Assembly (NCBI GenBank): GCA_963664875.1
Contig: OY761611.1
Span: forward strand, 2,368,001 to 2,432,000
Reading direction: 5' to 3'
Source: Candidatus Kapaibacterium sp.
GTDB lineage: Bacteria > Bacteroidota > Ignavibacteria > Kapaibacteriales > UBA2268
Length of the DNA stretch: 64,000 nucleotides
This document shows positions 1 through 10,221 of this stretch, piece after piece. Within the stretch, counting starts at the first letter, position 1, and each line of letters begins with the position of its first letter. Both the position numbers and the translations under genes were made by a program. The notes under the pieces were generated by a model that saw nothing but the letters and a program-made list of their open reading frames with translations, did no database searches and was not told the DNA's origin.

Positions 1-2965
1 GTAAGTCAGAAGATAAAGAAAATTCTCCCTCTTCTCCTTCAGTCATTTCAACTTTAATGCTGTCAATTTTTACTGTGTAATTGCCAACAGATTTTAAAGT
101 AAAAGTACGATTCTTTACTTTGCCGGTATCTATACTTCCATAGTCTATATTATCGTAATTCAAGTCTAATGCTCTTACAGCATCAGCAGGTTTGTATGCA
201 AAATCTGTGGAAGTGATATAATTACCTACGCTCCATAATCTTGCTGAGTATGGACTTGAAACTAAAGTAGCTAATTCGCTTTGGTAAAATCTGCCGTTTA
301 ATATTCTTGTAAAAGATTGTGCATAGTTTTCTGTAGCCATTATTTCGCCATTTTTCCCGAAAACAAGAATCTGGTTAGACTCAGCAGGCACTGCTACATC
401 AATTGGTGTAATAGAATTAGCAGTTAGATTGTAAACTTGCTTATTCCATGTCTTGCCACCATCTAAAGTGCTTGCAATATAGTTCACATCAGAATCAGAT
501 TTTTCACGATAGATAGCTATACCGGTATTTGGAGTGTCAAAAGCGAGGTAAGTTACAACTCCACCTGTATGTAATGTGTAGGCTAACCAATCGCGACCTT
601 TGTTTTTGGAAACATAAACTCTACCTTTTGTAGTACCAAAATAACAGTTATCTCCATTTATATAAGTACACTGCACAAGTCCTGTCTCACCGTTAAGAGG
701 AGTTGGAGAATTTCTATGTGTCCATGTATCTCCACCGTCTAATGTAGTTGCTATACCCCATGAGCCATTCTGCGGGTCACCAATAAATATACCATCATCA
801 ACACTCCAGAAGTGAATTCCATTTATAAATGTAGAATGAGAAGTAACATTTTCCTCAGTCCAAGTGCTGCCTTTTGTTGATGTTTTATATATTTTGGTTG
901 TACCGTTGCTTGCACTTGCTGCAAGATATGCCGTAGTAGATGAAGCTGCTGCCGCCGCATAAACAGGCGTAGATAACTGACCCGATTCCCAACCGCTATT
1001 GTTCGAACCTGATATAAAATAACCATAATAACCGTACAAAGAGCCTACGAGCCAAAATGACTGAGCATCAGCAGATGCTATGTCGTGCCATGTAGCAGTA
1101 GATTGCAAAGGAGTTGTAGTTACAACATTGAAGTTATGGTTAGATTCTATGTCTATTTGCAATTTAAGTAGTTGATAATTGATATAATTATCGGCTTCAA
1201 ATTTCACCAATAACTGTACAAAACCATCGAACCAAGGGTTTGACTTATCTAAAGTAATATTTGTAGATATTTCTTCTTCGAGATGAGGTCTAATGTCAGG
1301 TAAATTGAAAGTAGTTTGGCTTACACTTAGATAGTTTTCAAGAGGTATAAGTTCTACTTTTGTGTTAGTAGATTTTGCCAAATAGTTATGTATCTTGAAT
1401 GTAATTGGCTGAGTTTGCATATCTGTAAAAACAAAATCAGAGGAGTTTCCTTTGACTTCTGTAACTTCCAAACCAGGCATACGGTTTGGTCCGTCACTTA
1501 AACTTGGATTGGTAAGTAAAGCTTTTTCTGCATCAGCTAATCCGAAGAAAACGGATTGCAAATCAGGATTGATTACATTCGCAGATGTGCCTCTGATTTG
1601 ATGTATTATTTGCTTAGGTGTCCAATCAATATGCTGTGCTTTGATTAAACCGGCAAGCCCTGCTATTATAGGAGAAGCCATTGAGGTTCCGCTTTTTTTA
1701 GAGTAACCTCCACCTAACTGAGTTGCCAAAATATCATCACCAGGTGCATAAACAGTTACTTCTCTTCCGTAGTTAGTGAAAGATGCAACTTTTTTTCCTT
1801 GTCTTGTGGCACCAACATTAAGCACATTGTCGTAATTAGATGGGTATGTAGGGTTTAAATCAGTAAAAGTTGACTCATTACCTGATGCAACTACAACAAG
1901 AGAACCATTTTCAGTTGCAAAATTGATAACATCTTGTTCGTAGGCACTTCCACCAAGTCCACCCCAAGAGCAGTTGATTATGTCAGCATCTACTGATGCA
2001 GCATAAGCAATACCTTCATAACCTCTGTAAATACCACCACTTGAGTTATCTAATCCACATTTCACAGGAATTATAGCACAATTAAATCCCGGAGAAGCTA
2101 CACCAAGATCATTATTAGTGGCTGCTGCTGCACAGCCTGCCACGTGAGTGCCATGGTCATTACCTGTGGTTGGAGGAGTTGGGTTGTTATCTTCCTGCCA
2201 CTGGCCTGCATTCATTTGTTGAGAGGTAGTGTTGCCTACCAAATCCCAACCGTAAATATCATCAATTTTACCGTTATTGTCGTTGTCAAGACCGTCTCCT
2301 GCTATTTCGTTAGGATTAGTCCAGATTTTATCTGCGAGGTCTTCGTGGTGTCTTTCTGTGCCCGAATCAACTATTGCAATAGTTACACCCGCATCACCTT
2401 TCTGAATGTTCCATGCCGCTTCCAAATTCATCTCAGCGATTGCATATTGTTCGGAAATTCGGGGGTCGTTGGGAGTATAAAATACTTCACGTTTATAAAC
2501 AGGTGAAGCATATTCAATTTGCGGGTTATTCATGAGCTCTCTACATACATCAAACGGATCTATTGGTGCAGAGTAATATATTTCATGTATATTGGATACT
2601 TTGCTCTCGTTGCTTATAGATTTTGCAGCATAAGAGGCTATCGGAGAAGCAATATTGCTTATACTCAAATCCTGAATCGAAGTCTGAATCATACCGTCAG
2701 GAAATGATTTAGAACCGTCGAGTTTGCCGTAATCTGACTTTGTTTTGATGATAATCACATTTGATAAGTATTGGTCAGATTTTCGTTCGATTGTAAATGT
2801 TCTTGAAGGTAAAACAGTACCATCATTTAGTACAACTTTTTTACTTCGTATCATAAACTTTTCTGCTTCGCTATCAGCAGTTTTACCCGGCAAAACTGCT
2901 TGGGCAGTAGAAAAGCCGAAGATTAGCAGCAAGACTGCCAACCTTATATGGTGAAATAATTTCAT
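1..2965 (-). CDS. Secreted S8 (subtilisin-like) serine peptidase with Asp-box/BNR propeller and Ig-like domains; 3' end runs off the window
   Basis: Manual translation of segments (absent from ORF track): signal peptide MKLFHHIRLAVLLLIFGFSTAQA, triad motifs IAIVDSGT, DHGTHVAG and SGTSMASP, Asp-box repeats TLDGGDTW, SKNKGRDW and TLDGGKTW. Confidence 0.9.
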   Translation of the reverse strand, partial: MKLFHHIRLAVLLLIFGFSTAQAVLPGKTADSEAEKFMIRSKKVVLNDGTVLPSRTFTIERKSDQYLSNVIIIKTKSDYGKLDGSKSFPDGMIQTSIQDLSISNIASPIASYAAKSISNESKVSNIHEIYYSAPIDPFDVCRELMNNPQIEYASPVYKREVFYTPNDPRISEQYAIAEMNLEAAWNIQKGDAGVTIAIVDSGTERHHEDLADKIWTNPNEIAGDGLDNDNNGKIDDIYGWDLVGNTTSQQMNAGQWQEDNNPTPPTTGNDHGTHVAGCAAAATNNDLGVASPGFNCAIIPVKCGLDNSSGGIYRGYEGIAYAASVDADIINCSWGGLGGSAYEQDVINFATENGSLVVVASGNESTFTDLNPTYPSNYDNVLNVGATRQGKKVASFTNYGREVTVYAPGDDILATQLGGGYSKKSGTSMASPIIAGLAGLIKAQHIDWTPKQIIHQIRGTSANVINPDLQSVFFGLADAEKALLTNPSLSDGPNRMPGLEVTEVKGNSSDFVFTDMQTQPITFKIHNYLAKSTNTKVELIPLENYLSVSQTTFNLPDIRPHLEEEISTNITLDKSNPWFDGFVQLLVKFEADNYINYQLLKLQIDIESNHNFNVVTTTPLQSTATWHDIASADAQSFWLVGSLYGYYGYFISGSNNSGWESGQLSTPVYAAAAASSTTAYLAASASNGTTKIYKTSTKGSTWTEENVTSHSTFINGIHFWSVDDGIFIGDPQNGSWGIATTLDGGDTWTHRNSPTPLNGETGLVQCTYINGDNCYFGTTKGRVYVSKNKGRDWLAYTLHTGGVVTYLAFDTPNTGIAIYREKSDSDVNYIASTLDGGKTWNKQVYNLTANSITPIDVAVPAESNQILVFGKNGEIMATENYAQSFTRILNGRFYQSELATLVSSPYSARLWSVGNYITSTDFAYKPADAVRALDLNYDNIDYGSIDTGKVKNRTFTLKSVGNYTVKIDSIKVEMTEGEEGEFSLSSDL

Positions 2966-3009
2966 CACGCACCCCTAAATATATACATATAAATACTTGT
3001 CTTAATATA

Positions 3010-5067
3010 CTAAAATTCTTGTATTATTATAATCTCGTAGCCTCTAAATTTATTGCCACATAAAATTATACTATGCGAAGTTCCGAGTGAAAACTTAATA
3101 TCATCTACCTGTTTGATTGGTTTGATAAAGTTTTCGTTTCTTGCTTCGTTAATCAGGTAATTTGTCATTTGGTCATAAAATCTGAAAACAAATGACTGAG
3201 GAATACTGTCAGTTTTGATTTTATCAGTTTGCTGATAATTTATATCTATAGCAAGGAAGTCAGTTTCACTTAGATCTTTTTCTATTTTGCTTACATCTGT
3301 TACTGACAAAGTCTCTATATCAGAAGCAGCATGGATAGCTCTAAGGTTAAATTTATCGTAACTTGTATCTATTTTGTTATATTCGAGACTGAAAATATCA
3401 ATATTGTCCTTATCGCCTGCTGCTAAAACTAAATAACGTTTTCCTGCTTGAACATCAAAATTGTAATCCTTCCCGGAAAAGCTGAAAGTATGTTTGCCGG
3501 ATTTGATTGATGTACCTATTGACCCAGTGTAATTCATCGGTGCATTGATTAGCTGGTTGTCAAGATTAACTGTAGTATTGCCGATTCCTGCACAGGCATG
3601 TATAAGTTGAACAAATGCACTTTCTTCTGCCGGGCTAAGTATTTTATTAGTTTCGCCTTGCTCTATTAAATACACAGCATTTGTTGATTCCGTTACAGGA
3701 ATAATTGCAATAATATATTCTTTATCTGCTTCAAGCTTCAAATTATTGATATTAAGGAGTTTAGCAGGCTCTGTCGGATAAAACACATTGATCGGTACGA
3801 CACCCGGCTTAATATAAACTCTTTTTGATAATTCTCCATATCTGAGTCTATCAGCAAGTACAGTACCTGATTCCATCTCGTAAATAGGGTTTCCACTTGC
3901 ATCTTGTTTTGTTATAAAAGAGACTGCACCCTGAGAAACTGTAATAATTTCTTTGTTGTAGTCTCCATTGATTACCCGGACAGCAGCACTACCCTCAAAT
4001 TTTGAATAATCATGGTCAGTAATCGGAGGAATAATTACATGATTGGATGCTATTTTATCTTTCGAATCAAGCACTGCAAATGAGTAATCTGAAAGAACTT
4101 CCAAAGATATATCTGTTTCTTCTGTCAAATTGCCGTTGAAATATGTTCCAAGAACATCATCGTCAAGTGAGTTACAAGCTGATACCGGAACATAGTCTCC
4201 TATATTTATCGATGCCAAATTGGAGGCAATTATCTCGTCAGGATTCTTTTGGAAAGAAATGCTTTCTCGAGAGAAGTTTATTGGTCTTAGATATGTAATT
4301 TTATCTTCAATTTTTTTAGGATAGCTCAGAGCACTCATCGAATGATCTAATTCGTCGAGCATCATTACAGCTTCTTCCCCATTTTCGCCATCTGTTATGT
4401 AAATAGTATATTGACCGCGAGCTTTCAGAGAGTCTAATTGATAAAGTCCAATAGTCTCTTCGTCTGACAGAACGGTTCGGATTACAGAAATCGCAATTGA
4501 ACCTGCCCTTACTCCCTTCATTGAGCTTATCTGTCTGTAATTTACATTGCTTACAATTTCACTTCCGTTAGGACATCCAAAACGCAAAGTGTATCTTCTT
4601 GTTGTATCGGGGTTAGCATTGAAAAGTCTTACATACGCCAAAGGGTCATTTGCAACTATGGTTTTTGAAGTATTATAAACAACGAGAGTATCAACTGCCT
4701 TTGAGACTGCTTCGCCCTTTTTAGTAGGCAATGCAACAAAATTGTATGTAAGATTACGCGAAAACTTATAGATTTTTTCCTTTTGAAGTTCAAAATTTCC
4801 ATTTAGTTTTACGCCCATAAAAGCAGAATCTTTAGGCGGATTTATTGCTTCGATAATCCCCTTATAATCAGCCGGCAGACTCTCTTCGTTGTCAAATGTA
4901 AGAGTTCTGGGCTGGCCGTCCGAAGCAAAATTGAAAAATCTGACATAGATTGTACCCACCTGCGAAGGTGGAGTAATCAAATCTGGGTCTTCTTTTGCAC
5001 AATTAGCTAAAAGAACTGCAAGCATAGCGAATAGAAATATTTTTAGAGTTTTCAAAGGTCTTACCAT
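3010..5067 (-). CDS. Lipoprotein with repeated DUF4397-like domains
   Basis: Lipobox LANC; repeated VRFFNF/VRLFNA/VRVING/LRAIHAA module starts. Confidence 0.65.
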   Translation of the reverse strand: MVRPLKTLKIFLFAMLAVLLANCAKEDPDLITPPSQVGTIYVRFFNFASDGQPRTLTFDNEESLPADYKGIIEAINPPKDSAFMGVKLNGNFELQKEKIYKFSRNLTYNFVALPTKKGEAVSKAVDTLVVYNTSKTIVANDPLAYVRLFNANPDTTRRYTLRFGCPNGSEIVSNVNYRQISSMKGVRAGSIAISVIRTVLSDEETIGLYQLDSLKARGQYTIYITDGENGEEAVMMLDELDHSMSALSYPKKIEDKITYLRPINFSRESISFQKNPDEIIASNLASINIGDYVPVSACNSLDDDVLGTYFNGNLTEETDISLEVLSDYSFAVLDSKDKIASNHVIIPPITDHDYSKFEGSAAVRVINGDYNKEIITVSQGAVSFITKQDASGNPIYEMESGTVLADRLRYGELSKRVYIKPGVVPINVFYPTEPAKLLNINNLKLEADKEYIIAIIPVTESTNAVYLIEQGETNKILSPAEESAFVQLIHACAGIGNTTVNLDNQLINAPMNYTGSIGTSIKSGKHTFSFSGKDYNFDVQAGKRYLVLAAGDKDNIDIFSLEYNKIDTSYDKFNLRAIHAASDIETLSVTDVSKIEKDLSETDFLAIDINYQQTDKIKTDSIPQSFVFRFYDQMTNYLINEARNENFIKPIKQVDDIKFSLGTSHSIILCGNKFRGYEIIIIQEF

Positions 5068-5187
5068 TTAATAAATCAAACAAAATTGCAAAAAGGCACT
5101 TTGCATAGAAGATAATATTAATCAAATTAAAAGAAAAATTCAAATAATATAATAGCAAATTATATTTATACTATTATTCTTTTTGCG

Positions 5188-5195
5188 TACCTTTG
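5188..5195 (+). promoter_or_regulatory. Bacteroidota-type -7 promoter element (TACCTTTG) for prfA
   Basis: Matches TAnnTTTG, 35 nt upstream of the ATG. Confidence 0.5.
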
Positions 5196-5230
5196 TACTT
5201 TGTTATAAAACACAGATTTGGATAAGTTCG

Positions 5231-6319
5231 ATGAGAGAGAAACTTAAATCAGTTCTTGAACGCTACGAAAAAGTTACTCAAATGCTAAATGACCCCGATG
5301 TGGTCAGCGATATGAAAAAAATGCGCGACACTTCGGTCGAATATAAACAGCTCACACCTGTGGCAGAAGCCGCAAAAAAATTCCTGAAAATGTGCGATGA
5401 TTATGATAACAATAAAGAGCTTATGCGTGATAGTTCTGTAGAAAAAGAACTGCGCGAAATGGCTGAAATGGAAAATCATGATCTTTCAGGCGATATTGAA
5501 AAAATGGAAGAAGAGTTACGTATCTTGCTCATACCTAAAGATCCTAACGATTTGAAAAACTGTATAGTCGAGCTTAGAGCCGGCACAGGTGGCGACGAAG
5601 CCGGAATATTTGCCGGAGACTTATTTAGGATGTACCAAAGATATGCAGACCAAAACGGATATAAAATCGATTTGATTGACTATCAGGAAAGCGAAAGAGG
5701 CGGATATAAAGAGGTAACTTTCTCTATAAACGGCGAATCTGTCTATGGTAATCTCAAATTTGAAAGTGGAGTCCACAGAGTTCAGCGTGTGCCTGAAACT
5801 GAAGCCAGCGGAAGAGTGCATACCTCTGCTGCTACTGTTGCTATTCTGCCGGAAGCCGAAGATATTGATGTTCAAATAAAAGACGAAGATTTGCAGATTG
5901 ATAGATTTAGAGCAGGTGGTGCAGGTGGTCAGAACGTAAATAAAGTAGAAACTGCAATCAGAATCACTCATATTCCTACAGGTACTGTAGTTGCTTGCCA
6001 GGACGAACGCTCTCAGTTGAAAAATCTTGAAAAAGCAATGAAAGTTCTTCGCTCAAGACTTTATGAAGTTGAGCTTGCTAAACAGCAGGAAGCTATTTCT
6101 TCTAACAGAAAATCTATGGTAAAAACAGGCGATCGTTCTGAAAAAATCAGGACTTATAACTATCCGCAAAATAGAGTAACTGACCACAGATTAGAAGGTG
6201 ATTCAAAAAATTATCCTTTACGTGAAATCATGGAAGGTGGTTTGAGAATTGTTATCGAAAACTTGCAGATAGCTGAGCGAACTGCTATGCTAAATCAGGG
6301 CATCGCTGATAAGAGCTAA
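5231..6319 (+). CDS. prfA: Peptide chain release factor 1
   Basis: GGQ motif, RF1-type PET tripeptide (RVPETE), IRTYNYPQNRVTDHR; ATG 5231 preferred to upstream TTG. Confidence 0.97.
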   Translation: MREKLKSVLERYEKVTQMLNDPDVVSDMKKMRDTSVEYKQLTPVAEAAKKFLKMCDDYDNNKELMRDSSVEKELREMAEMENHDLSGDIEKMEEELRILLIPKDPNDLKNCIVELRAGTGGDEAGIFAGDLFRMYQRYADQNGYKIDLIDYQESERGGYKEVTFSINGESVYGNLKFESGVHRVQRVPETEASGRVHTSAATVAILPEAEDIDVQIKDEDLQIDRFRAGGAGGQNVNKVETAIRITHIPTGTVVACQDERSQLKNLEKAMKVLRSRLYEVELAKQQEAISSNRKSMVKTGDRSEKIRTYNYPQNRVTDHRLEGDSKNYPLREIMEGGLRIVIENLQIAERTAMLNQGIADKS

Positions 6320-6428
6320 TATGTCCTTAGCCTTGATATTCTAATAATATATTGCAATTATTTTTATTTATAATCGAATAGAGCTATATTAGTGCTTGTT
6401 ATCACTCAAATCTAAGATAGAACAAATT

Positions 6429-6869
6429 ATGAAAATATCAGTTGCCTCCGATCATGCCGGTTTTGAATTGAAAGAAACTATTTCAGCCTGGCTAAAAGAA
6501 TTAGAACATCAAGTATTAGATTTTGGTGCTTTTTCGACTGAATCTGTTGATTACCCGGATTATGCCTTCCCTGCTGCTGAAGCAGTTGCTGCAGGAGTTG
6601 CCGATTTTGGTATCATCATCTGCGGATCAGGGCAGGGTATGACGATGACTGCTAACAAAGTTACAGGCATAAGAGCTGCTCTTTGCTACAATACTGAGAT
6701 AGCTTCGCTTGCCCGTCAGCACAACAACGCTAATGTGCTAACTATGGGAGCACGTTTTACGGAGCCTGAGTTAGCTAAAGAAATCGTGCAAGTCTTCCTT
6801 GAAACAGAATTTGAAGGTGGCAGACACATGATTAGAGTTGAAAAAATTCACTCTCTAACCGGCTGGTAG
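6429..6869 (+). CDS. rpiB: Ribose-5-phosphate isomerase B
   Basis: SDHAG, DYPD, ICGSGQG, ARQHNNAN, FEGGRH. Confidence 0.96.
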   Translation: MKISVASDHAGFELKETISAWLKELEHQVLDFGAFSTESVDYPDYAFPAAEAVAAGVADFGIIICGSGQGMTMTANKVTGIRAALCYNTEIASLARQHNNANVLTMGARFTEPELAKEIVQVFLETEFEGGRHMIRVEKIHSLTGW

Positions 6870-6900
6870 ATTCTTTAGATTATAAGACATATTTTTAAAT

Positions 6901-6940
6901 AAAAAACCTTTTCGGATATCAAACCTCGAAAAGGTTTTTT
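6901..6940. terminator. Bidirectional intrinsic terminator
   Basis: AAAAAACCTTTTCG...CGAAAAGGTTTTTT between convergent rpiB and hslU. Confidence 0.8.
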
Positions 6941-7002
6941 GCTTAATGCCGAGAATTATGATAACACATCAGTTGAGTTCCCTAAAACCTTGATATATGA
7001 AA

Positions 7003-7037
7003 CAAAGGCATACACTTTTCCCAAATGTATGCCTTTG
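7003..7037 (-). terminator. Hairpin downstream of hslU
   Basis: CAAAGGCATACA...TGTATGCCTTTG. Confidence 0.65.
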
Positions 7038-7073
7038 ATTGTATCTATTATTTACATATATAGTACTTATATA

Positions 7074-8480
7074 TTATAAGATATATCTACTCATATCCTG
7101 ATTTTTGATGATTGTATTCAGATTGTCCCGAACAACTTCAGCATTGATTTTAACATCATTACTTTGAATGTTATCAGGTGCATTGAATAATGTTTCTTCG
7201 AGTAGAGTGGACATTATAGTGTGTAGCCTCCTGGCTCCGATATTTGTAATCTCTGCATTAACCTGAGCAGCAAGTTTTGCTATCTCTTTGATAGCTGACT
7301 CATCGAAATCAAGTTCGATATCTTCAGTTTTTGCCAAAGCCTGGTATTGTTTTATCAGTGCATTCTGAGGTATAGTAAGAATTTTAACAAAATCCTCTTC
7401 AGTCAGACTGTTTAGCTCAACACGAATCGGGAAGCGCCCCTGCAATTCCGGAACTAAGTCAGAAGGCTTAGAAACATGGAAAGCACCTGATGCAATAAAT
7501 AGAACGTGGTCAGTTTTCAAAGCACCATATTTGGTATTCACAGTAGAGCCTTCCACTATTGGAAGAAGATCTCTCTGCACACCTTCGCGAGAAACTTCCG
7601 GACCACTGCCTTTTGAGTTTTTTGAGGCTACTTTGTCTATCTCATCTATGAAGATAATGCCTGTATTTTCTGCTCTGCGGAGAGCTTCCTGCACTACAGC
7701 ATCCATATCAATAAGCTTTTCAGCTTCTTCTTTTTGTAGCACTTTCATAGCATCTTTTACTTTGAGCTTACGTTTTTTCTTTTTCTTAGGGATGATGCTG
7801 CCAAATAAATCCTGTAAATTCATCCCCATTTCGTCCATACCAATTGGACCAAGCACCTGCATATTCGGGCCACCATCTACGGTAACGTCCATTTCTATTT
7901 CTCTCTCGTCTAATACGCCGTTACGTATCATTTGTCTGAATTTATCGCGGGTACGGCTGTTTTCTTCTTCTTCGTTTTCGTCAGTATTGTCAAAAGAAGG
8001 AGATTTTTTAACAGGAGGTATCAAAATATCTAAAACTTTGTTTTCAGCAGCTTCCTTTGCCAATTCCCTTTTCTTCTCAGTTTCTTCTTCTTTTACGATA
8101 GCAACAGCCCTTTCGGCAAGATCACGAATCATAGACTCTACATCTCTACCTACATAACCAACTTCTGTGAACTTAGTTGCTTCCACTTTTACAAAAGGAG
8201 CATTTACTAATTTTGCCAGTCTTCTTGCTATTTCTGTTTTACCTACACCGGTTGGGCCTATCATAATGATATTATTTGGCATAATTTCATCTTTAATATC
8301 GCCTTCCACATTTTGGCGACGCCACCTATTTCTTAGAGCAATAGCTACAGCTTTTTTTGCTTCTTTCTGCCCTATAACATATTTATCTAACTCTGCAACA
8401 ATCTGACGAGGGGTAAGTCCGCCGTTTTTGTCAGATTTTGCAGGTAAATGATTTTCTTGTACTTTTATATCCTGTTCCAT
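7074..8480 (-). CDS. hslU: ATP-dependent protease ATPase subunit HslU
   Basis: [36 protein letters not shown]. Confidence 0.98.
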   Translation of the reverse strand: MEQDIKVQENHLPAKSDKNGGLTPRQIVAELDKYVIGQKEAKKAVAIALRNRWRRQNVEGDIKDEIMPNNIIMIGPTGVGKTEIARRLAKLVNAPFVKVEATKFTEVGYVGRDVESMIRDLAERAVAIVKEEETEKKRELAKEAAENKVLDILIPPVKKSPSFDNTDENEEEENSRTRDKFRQMIRNGVLDEREIEMDVTVDGGPNMQVLGPIGMDEMGMNLQDLFGSIIPKKKKKRKLKVKDAMKVLQKEEAEKLIDMDAVVQEALRRAENTGIIFIDEIDKVASKNSKGSGPEVSREGVQRDLLPIVEGSTVNTKYGALKTDHVLFIASGAFHVSKPSDLVPELQGRFPIRVELNSLTEEDFVKILTIPQNALIKQYQALAKTEDIELDFDESAIKEIAKLAAQVNAEITNIGARRLHTIMSTLLEETLFNAPDNIQSNDVKINAEVVRDNLNTIIKNQDMSRYIL

Positions 8481-8495
8481 AGCTTTCCTGTTTGA

Positions 8496-9047
8496 TTATA
8501 ATTCTTCTACAACAATATTCTGGTTAGTGTAGATGCAGATGTCCCCTGCGATTTTAAGTGATTCTTCCACAATCTCTTTAGCAGAAAGATTAGAATGTTT
8601 ATTTAATGCTCTGGCAGCAGACAAAGCGTAAGAGCCGCCCGAACCAATAGCGATGATATTATCATCAGGTTCGATGACGTCACCGGTTCCACTGATAAGA
8701 AGGGCAGTGTCTTTATCCATGACTACCATCATAGCTTCTAACTTACGCAAAAAGCGGTCAGTTCTCCAATCTTTCGCAAGATCGATAGATGCTCTGAGAA
8801 GATGTCCGTTATGAGATTCCAATTTCTCTTCAAATCTTTCGAGAAGTGTGAAAGCATCGGCAGTTGCACCTGCAAAGCCAACCATAATCCTGTCGTTGTA
8901 AAGTCTTCTGACTTTCTTAGTGCCGTGTTTCATAACGGTATGCCCGAAAGAAACCTGTCCGTCTGCCCCGAGAGCCGCCTTTCCGTCTTTAATCACGCCG
9001 ATAACAGTAGTCGAACGCACTTCAGGGTAATTTTTCTTTTTGCTCAT
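8496..9047 (-). CDS. hslV: ATP-dependent protease peptidase subunit HslV
   Basis: Short propeptide then TTV, DGQV, AIGSGG, ICIYTN. Confidence 0.98.
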   Translation of the reverse strand: MSKKKNYPEVRSTTVIGVIKDGKAALGADGQVSFGHTVMKHGTKKVRRLYNDRIMVGFAGATADAFTLLERFEEKLESHNGHLLRASIDLAKDWRTDRFLRKLEAMMVVMDKDTALLISGTGDVIEPDDNIIAIGSGGSYALSAARALNKHSNLSAKEIVEESLKIAGDICIYTNQNIVVEEL

Positions 9048-9421
9048 TTTTCCTTATCCATTAATCTTAAAAAAAGCGAATACGTCTTCAATAACTTATA
9101 TGTGTGTTATATATTTTAGAGATAAATCATGCAGTTTCAAATACAAACATAGATAATCCAATCTGCTATACCTGCAATAAGATACAAATATAAAAAGATA
9201 GTACAATCTTACCTAATTTGCATTGCAAAAATATTCAACACGAATCATAGCATAAGATACGAGAAAATTTGTGAATAGTTATGTAGGCTGTTTAAGATGT
9301 GCATGATGCAATAGATAAACCCCGATTTGTCATTAGAACTCAAAAATACTTGCAACTTCCTCTTTTAGCAAGAAGAATTCAATTCGTAAATATAAGAAAA
9401 ACTTACAAATTGTATCTCTAA

Positions 9422-10104
9422 ACAAGGGAAAGGTTGCTGAGCTGAGAGTTTATGCCGAGCAGAGTCGAGGCAAAGCATAACCCCTTGCCAAGAAACAAGA
9501 TAACTACATATATTGGTTTTCAAATGACATTTTCCATCTAACTAATTGTAAGGAAGTAGTTGTTAGAATGAAAGACAACGATATGAAGAAAATTTTATTA
9601 TTTTAAAACATATTGAGTTTATTAGTTGACGTTGTAGTCGAATAATGTAGGTTATTAAGAATATATTTTCAGCCTGAAAGGCTGATAGATAATAGCCCAT
9701 GGCAGCGCCATGGGAAGGTTGCAAGTATTGAGTAAACAGAGCCCTGTAAGGGCGGCAAGACTTTTCTATACAGGTGATATAAATAAGAAAATGGTGTTAC
9801 ATTTTCCATTTCTTTTTCTTTTTTTGCGATAAAAAAGAAAAAGAAACGGAAACCAAAGAAAAAGAAAAAAGAACGCTTTGTCTCCTCACCTCATATAGTG
9901 TTTAAGCGTAAGATGCGTATCCAATTAAGGAATTACTGAAAACAAATGTCTATATTATGGAGTGCTGATGCAATATATAGGCAATACACGGACTATTTAC
10001 AATGATATCATATATATTTTTTCGACTAAATGATATTTATAAAGAAAAATATAGACAAACAGTTAGCTCCTTTTTGCCACAAACGCAAGTTTGTATTAGG
10101 GATT
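9422..10104 (+). repeat. Dispersed ~690-bp non-coding element, copy 1 (composite of REP-like hairpins)
   Basis: Colinear, high-identity match to 48262-48956; hairpins at 9670-9684, 9696-9714 and 9741-9753. Confidence 0.92.
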
Positions 10105-10152
10105 TGGGATAAAATCAAATTATGAACTATTTACGAGTAAGAAAATTCTATG

Positions 10153-10192
10153 AAAAAACAAAGGCTGTCGCTTTTGAGGAGACAGCCTTTGT
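10153..10192 (-). terminator. Intrinsic terminator of the glgA operon
   Basis: ACAAAGGCTGTC...GACAGCCTTTGT with U-tract on the minus strand. Confidence 0.75.
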
Positions 10193-10221
10193 CGGAAAAT
10201 AAGTTATGTGCTTATAAAAGC

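Noticed and set aside
7531-8406. Antisense ORFs over hslU, and similar shadow ORFs over other genes
   Set aside because: They lie opposite well-supported genes and are explained by codon bias
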